A stretch of 64,000 bases of DNA from Chrysomallon squamiferum (Eukaryota; Animalia; Mollusca). This document shows positions 58,262 through 64,000 of the stretch, in pieces. The DNA is taken from positions 14,570,001-14,634,000 of the forward strand of contig CM022666.1 in NCBI GenBank assembly GCA_012295275.1. The letters run 5' to 3'. The position numbers and the translations under genes are program-made. Below the pieces are notes generated by a model. It saw nothing but the letters and a program-made list of their open reading frames with translations. It was not told where the DNA came from and did no database searches. The number at the start of each line of letters is the position of its first letter. Position 1 is the stretch's first letter.

Positions 58262-59775
58262 ACAGATAAGTCAAATATTAATGTTTTATATTTCACTTTA
58301 TTTTCATAGAAACTCACACTGTGTTTGTACAGATAAGTAGGATATTAATGTTTTATCTTTGACTTTATTTTCACATAAACTCACACTGTGTTTGTACAGA
58401 TAAGTAGAATATTAATGTTTTATATTTCACTTTATTTTCACATAAACTCACACTGTGTTTGTACAGATAAGTAGAATATTAATGTTTTATATTTCACTTT
58501 ATTTTCACATGAACTTACACTGTGTTTGTACAGATAAATAGGATATTAATGTTTTATATCTCACTTTATTTTCACATAGACTTACACTGTGTTTGTACAG
58601 ATAAGTAGAATATTAATGTTTTATCTTTGACTTTATTTTCACATAGACTTACACTGTGTTTGTACAGATAAGTAGGATATTAATGTTTTATCTTTGACTT
58701 TATTTTCACATAGACTTACACTGTGTTTGTACAGATAAGTAGGATATTAATGTTTTATATTTCACTTTATTTTCACATAAACTCACACTGTGTTTGCACA
58801 GATAAGTAGGATATTAATGTTTTATATTTCACTTTATTTTCACATAAACTCACACTGTGTTTATACAGATAAGTAGGATATTAATGTTTTATATTTCACT
58901 TTATTTTCACATGAACTCACACTGTGTTTGTACAGATAAGTAGGATATTAATGTTTTATATTTCACTTTATTTTCACATACAGATAAGTAGAATATTAAT
59001 GTTTTATCTTTGACTTTATTTTCACATGAACTCAGACTGTGTTTGTACAGATAAGTAGAATATTAATATTTTATCTTTGACTTTCTTTTCATATGAGTTT
59101 ACACTGTGTTTGTACAGATAAGTAGGATATTAATGTTTTATATCTCACTTTATTTTCACATAAACTCACACTGTGTTTGTACAGATAAGTAGGATATTAA
59201 TGTTTTATATTTCACTTTATTTTCATAGAAACTTACACTGTGTTTGTACAGATAAGTAGAATATTAATGTTTTATATCTCACTTTATTTTCACATGAACT
59301 TACACTGTGTTTATACAGATAAGTAGGATATTAATGTTTTATATCTCACTTTATTTTCATAGAAACTTACACTGTGTTTGTACAGATAAGTAGAATATTA
59401 ATGTTTTATATCTCACTTTATTTTCATAGAAACTTACACTGTGTTTGTACAGATAAGTAGGATATTAATGTTTTATATTTCACTTTATTTTCACATGAAC
59501 TTACACTGTGTTTATACAGATAAGTAGGATATTAATGTTTTATATTTCACTTTATTTTCACATGAACTTACACTGTGTTTATACAGATAAGTAGAATATT
59601 AATGTTTTATCTTTGACTTTATTTTCATAGAAACTTACACTGTGTTTGTACAGATAACTAGAATATTAATGTTTTATATCTCACTTTATTTTCACATAAA
59701 CTCACACTGTGTTTGTACAGATAAGTAGAATATTAATGTTTTATATCTCACTTTATTTTCACATAGACTTACACT
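58262..59775. repeat. 67-bp minisatellite, about 23 copies
   Basis: Unit acagataagtaggatattaatgttttatatttcactttattttcacataaactcacactgtgtttgt (e.g. 58329, 58396). One shortened unit ends near 58980. Confidence 0.97.
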
Positions 59776-60329
59776 ACTTTTATATACCATTATCTGGGTT
59801 TTATTAATATTTTAAAACAAGTACATTTTTATATTATTTTTCATGAATTTCATTTCTTTTTCTTATATTTACCTCTTTTAAGTTTTACAGTAATTTATTG
59901 CATTATTGCAGTTTCATTTTAATTTCATTGTCCTTTTACTAAATAAAAAATAAATAAATATAGTTTGGTTGTTTCTATTTTCTTATTTATTAATTCTTAT
60001 TACTTTATACTAAAGGTTATTAATGTAAGATATACATATTCTTTCTGGATGATGATATTAGCAACATGAACTGTGTTACTGAGAGAACTACTCTCACTGA
60101 TTAGCAAGAAGTCATCTTTTAGCTGCACCTTCCCATCATTAGGAAAGCCTTTAATAAAACAATAAATGGGTTCTGACTGAAAAGGTCAACATGGAGGTTC
60201 CAGTACTAACAACAGAAAAATAAAATATACACAGCTATACTGTCAACTTGTTCAGTAAAGCAACACAAATTGTATGATATTTGTATTGGAGACCGCTACC
60301 TTTTGCATGACTTCAAAGAGGTAGCAATT

Positions 60330-60509
<180 letters not shown>

Positions 60510-60587
60510 CAATGTTTTGTTACAGAAGTGTGTCTGGAGGATCCTAAATCAGCCTTGGCTGCAGTATTTAGTATTTATTTATTTATT

Positions 60588-60836
<249 letters not shown>

Positions 60837-60947
60837 ACCACAGAATATGTGCTTAAATCTTCAGTAAGCATATGAAAATATTGACATTTATATCAATCTT
60901 TTATACCATATGAAACCAAATACTTAGTTGTTGCTAAGATAAATAAC

Positions 60948-61129
60948 AAAATATTCTGCTGAAAATATGTAAGTCCTGTGTGTGTAGTTAGCTTGAACGC
61001 AAGAATATACACACTTTTCCTCCATTTCTCACACTGTTCTATACAAATATTCTGCTGAAAATATCTAAGCCCTGTGTCTGTAGTTAGCTTGAACGCAAGA
61101 AGATACACACTTTTCCTCCATTTCTCACA
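60948..61129. repeat. Tandem duplication, period ~97 bp
   Basis: aaatattctgctgaaaatat...gtagttagcttgaacgcaaga...cacttttcctccatttctcaca occurs twice. Confidence 0.9.
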
Positions 61130-62874
61130 GAATTCTAAACCAAAAAACACTGCCGTTTTATTTTCGCTTTTATTTCATGTTTTCAAGTAGTTTCTGTTAT
61201 ACAGTAATTGTGGAATTTTTTTTACAAACATTTGTTTTAAGCTGTTTATCTAGACAGTTAGGAATTTCTGGTATTTGTACTGTTTCTTGGTCAGTATGTA
61301 AAGAAAATTTATAATATTTTTTTCATTATTAACAGAGAGCCATTGTAAACTGTAACTACTGGTCAAAAGTTATATTTTATTACTAAATGGATTTGAATAA
61401 TTCTGAATTTGTGTTTTTCTAGCTATTTGATCGGGCTATTCATTACGGTCTTTGCCTAATTTTACAATTTTAGATTTCCTTGTGTTAACTTTAAGACCAA
61501 ACAGTGAGGCAAACTCTTGAAATTTAAATTCTTTACCGTTTATCTCCACTTTCCACGTCACTGATTTAGCTTTTTACTCTGTGTAAACTCAAACTCTTAT
61601 TTACGTTGTGAGACTTGAGTGAGTCATCACATTCTTCAGTTATTTATTTCTTCTAGTCAGGGTCGGATCTGAAAGTTTCAAGCGGGTATAACGTTGTTCC
61701 ATTCTAATAAATCAAATTTGTTCAACATTATATTTTTTCTTTCACGTATTATTTAATTTGTTGCAGTAAAAATAATGAAATTATAAAACAAATGAAGACC
61801 TCAGATAAGGTATTATTATTTGCACATACTGATTATAACAACCGTACATAGCAGCTACCTCCACAAACTGGATTTCATGACTTACCTATTGTTAAATATG
61901 TCAACTTCAAAATGTGTACTGATCTGATTTCAATGCTACAAACACGAAAAGTAATTTCTGATGGCTGAGAAGAAAACGTACATCATTTGCTAAACGTTAA
62001 ACAGGAAACATATAATGCGTAAATCATATAAAAGGTCAATAGTTTGTATTACAAGATGCTGCATAGATAATTTATATCATGTAACAGTCAGTTTTAAAAT
62101 GAATACTTCCTGTATTATGTTGTTGTCGTGTATTTAAAGATAAATGTATTGCATTTCGTATTCTCAACATATTAATTGATTCCGTGGAAATGTCAGTGTA
62201 AAGACGAATTTATTAGATTTAGCACAGGATAAAAATAAAAATAAAATTAATAATAGACGGAAACTTTGGTTGTTTCTTGACTTAACTTGCATCAAGAAAA
62301 ATATAATTCAGGGAAGAAAACTAAAAACTTCTTGCTCCTGATAACTGGATACAACTTTTGTCTATTTCTTTAACTAATTTCTCAAGACAATACTGACAAC
62401 ACTATTCCGTGCATTTTGATTAAATCTAAATGTAGAAGATATTTTAATAAAAAATAGTAAAACTGTTTTCTAATTTAATTATAAAAGTGATTGTTTCTGA
62501 GAAACGAATTTTGTTATAAAACGTGATAATTTACACAACTTTTACTGCTTTGTTGTTATTTTATTTGTTTTCTTTGTTTTTTTAAATTTTTTGTCATTCT
62601 TATTTCTTCTTGATTACAGTAATAGTGTGCACAAATAAATCCAACGTTACACAAACTTCGAGATTGCCGCTTCTGTCTTACACACACAAACAAAATCTGT
62701 TTCTTTGTTAATGCAAAGAAATAAAAATAACATTTCTGTTAGCTGTGGTTTACAATTTTTCTCTCTCTACATTTAAAACCAGATTTATCACAATGAATAT
62801 TCTAATACAAGATTTCTATCACTTTATGACTTTTATAAAGCAGTTTAATTAATTTCATTTCTTTGTGTTTTTAT

Positions 62875-63353
62875 TTAATTAATTAAAATGTTTTTGCATT
62901 TCTTCTTATTATATGAGTATGTTAAATTTTTACTACATGGTGAAACAATGTGACAGACCCTGAAATTACATATATATCTTCATACAATTACTAAGCACAT
63001 TTGAAACAGATTATTCTTTCTCTACCTACGCGGCTGAGATTCTGATGAACAGATTAGATTCTGAAATTTTATACACCTTAGTTTCGTTAAGAATGTACAC
63101 ATCCTGATCATGTTACAAGTTTTGTTGTTACGACGATACAAATAACAGCTGCTTACAATGAATGACTTTGAACGTCCTACACCATGAAAGTCAGTTACAA
63201 GTGTTTCACCTCTATTCGTTTTTACATGGTGAAAATAGACAATAAATAAATAAATAAATACATAAATAAATAAATAAATATTTGAATGAAAGAGCACGTC
63301 GTCAGAATAAATTACTCGTTGAATCTCATTATTATTATTGTTATTATTATTAT

Positions 63354-63424
<71 letters not shown>

Positions 63425-64000
63425 CCGTCCTGTCTTAATTATTAACAAAGTATAGCAACTAGACAGTACATTTTTAAATATATCTACAGTAACTTACTGC
63501 GACATTGACAAAGATGTACAAATTTGTTCTACAGTTTCTTCTGTCGAGATCAAAATGATACGTCGTTCGGATAAAATGGAGACGTTCATTTATTTTGCTA
63601 CTGGATTATTAAATTATGAGGAATAAATGTGACAGGTCGCTCTAAACAATAATCAATTACCTTGGAAGTATATCTAACTTTGTTAGCTTATTTATTTATA
63701 CTGTTACACTTCAAACTGATATAATGTGGTACTCGGGTTACATGAAGTCGCAGGTCAATGGGTCGATTAGCTTGCATCGTCCAACTGACGATGTAAAGAT
63801 TACTTTTCCTACGATCTTTCTTCTTTATCCACAATACATTTTCCGTTCATGCATGGGAACCCAAATAAAGTAAATTTTGTTTCATATGCTAGATAATAAA
63901 TATCATGTTCGACGTCCCAAATCTCTTGATACGGATATTATTAACTACTGTGGTAATATTACTACATCTTTTGAACTTTTTAATTTTTTTAATTTTATAT
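62875..64000. repeat. Segmental duplication arm, inverted copy of 5708-6872 (continues past the window end)
   Basis: Reverse-complement match running to the last base of the window. Confidence 0.9.

Noticed and set aside
58262-59775. CRISPR-like array
   Set aside because: Units are contiguous near-identical 67-mers with no unique spacers, there are no cas genes, and the context is eukaryotic.
60041-60184. C/D-box snoRNA (ATGATGA at 60049, CTGA at ~60097 and ~60173)
   Set aside because: No convincing terminal stem or recognisable rRNA guide. The boxes are short enough to occur by chance.
60295-60325. Hairpin gctaccttttg...caaagaggtagc
   Set aside because: Too short for a pre-miRNA, and there is no supporting element context.

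Overview
AT-rich, microsatellite-dense animal genomic DNA, probably from an invertebrate (mollusc-like; inferred from composition and repeat motifs only), with one 200-N scaffold gap at 21802-22001. The core is a recently amplified cluster of intron-containing TRIM E3-ligase genes (RING/B-box1/B-box2/coiled-coil plus a divergent SPRY/B30.2-like C-terminus). Copy A (+, 17473-20906) is intact, with 3 coding exons and about 611 aa. Copy B (-, 24462 to the gap) faces A tail-to-tail and its last exon is not assembled. Copy C (-, 45758-41429) has a 1-bp frameshift and appears fused to the relic of a fourth paralogue. Between paralogues, the SPRY-like exon and linker micro-exon differ almost only by amino-acid-changing substitutions, as expected for a diversifying immune-sensor family. 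The rest is nested segmental duplication: inverted across the gap, direct between B and C. It also holds a ~1-kb module repeated 13+ times upstream of the TRIM genes, an unprocessed ANKRD42-like pseudogene fragment, a Tigger/pogo transposon end, hAT-MITE ends, a 67-bp minisatellite and many simple repeats. Nearly all other ORFs in the track are microsatellite artefacts. No tRNA, rRNA or CRISPR was seen.
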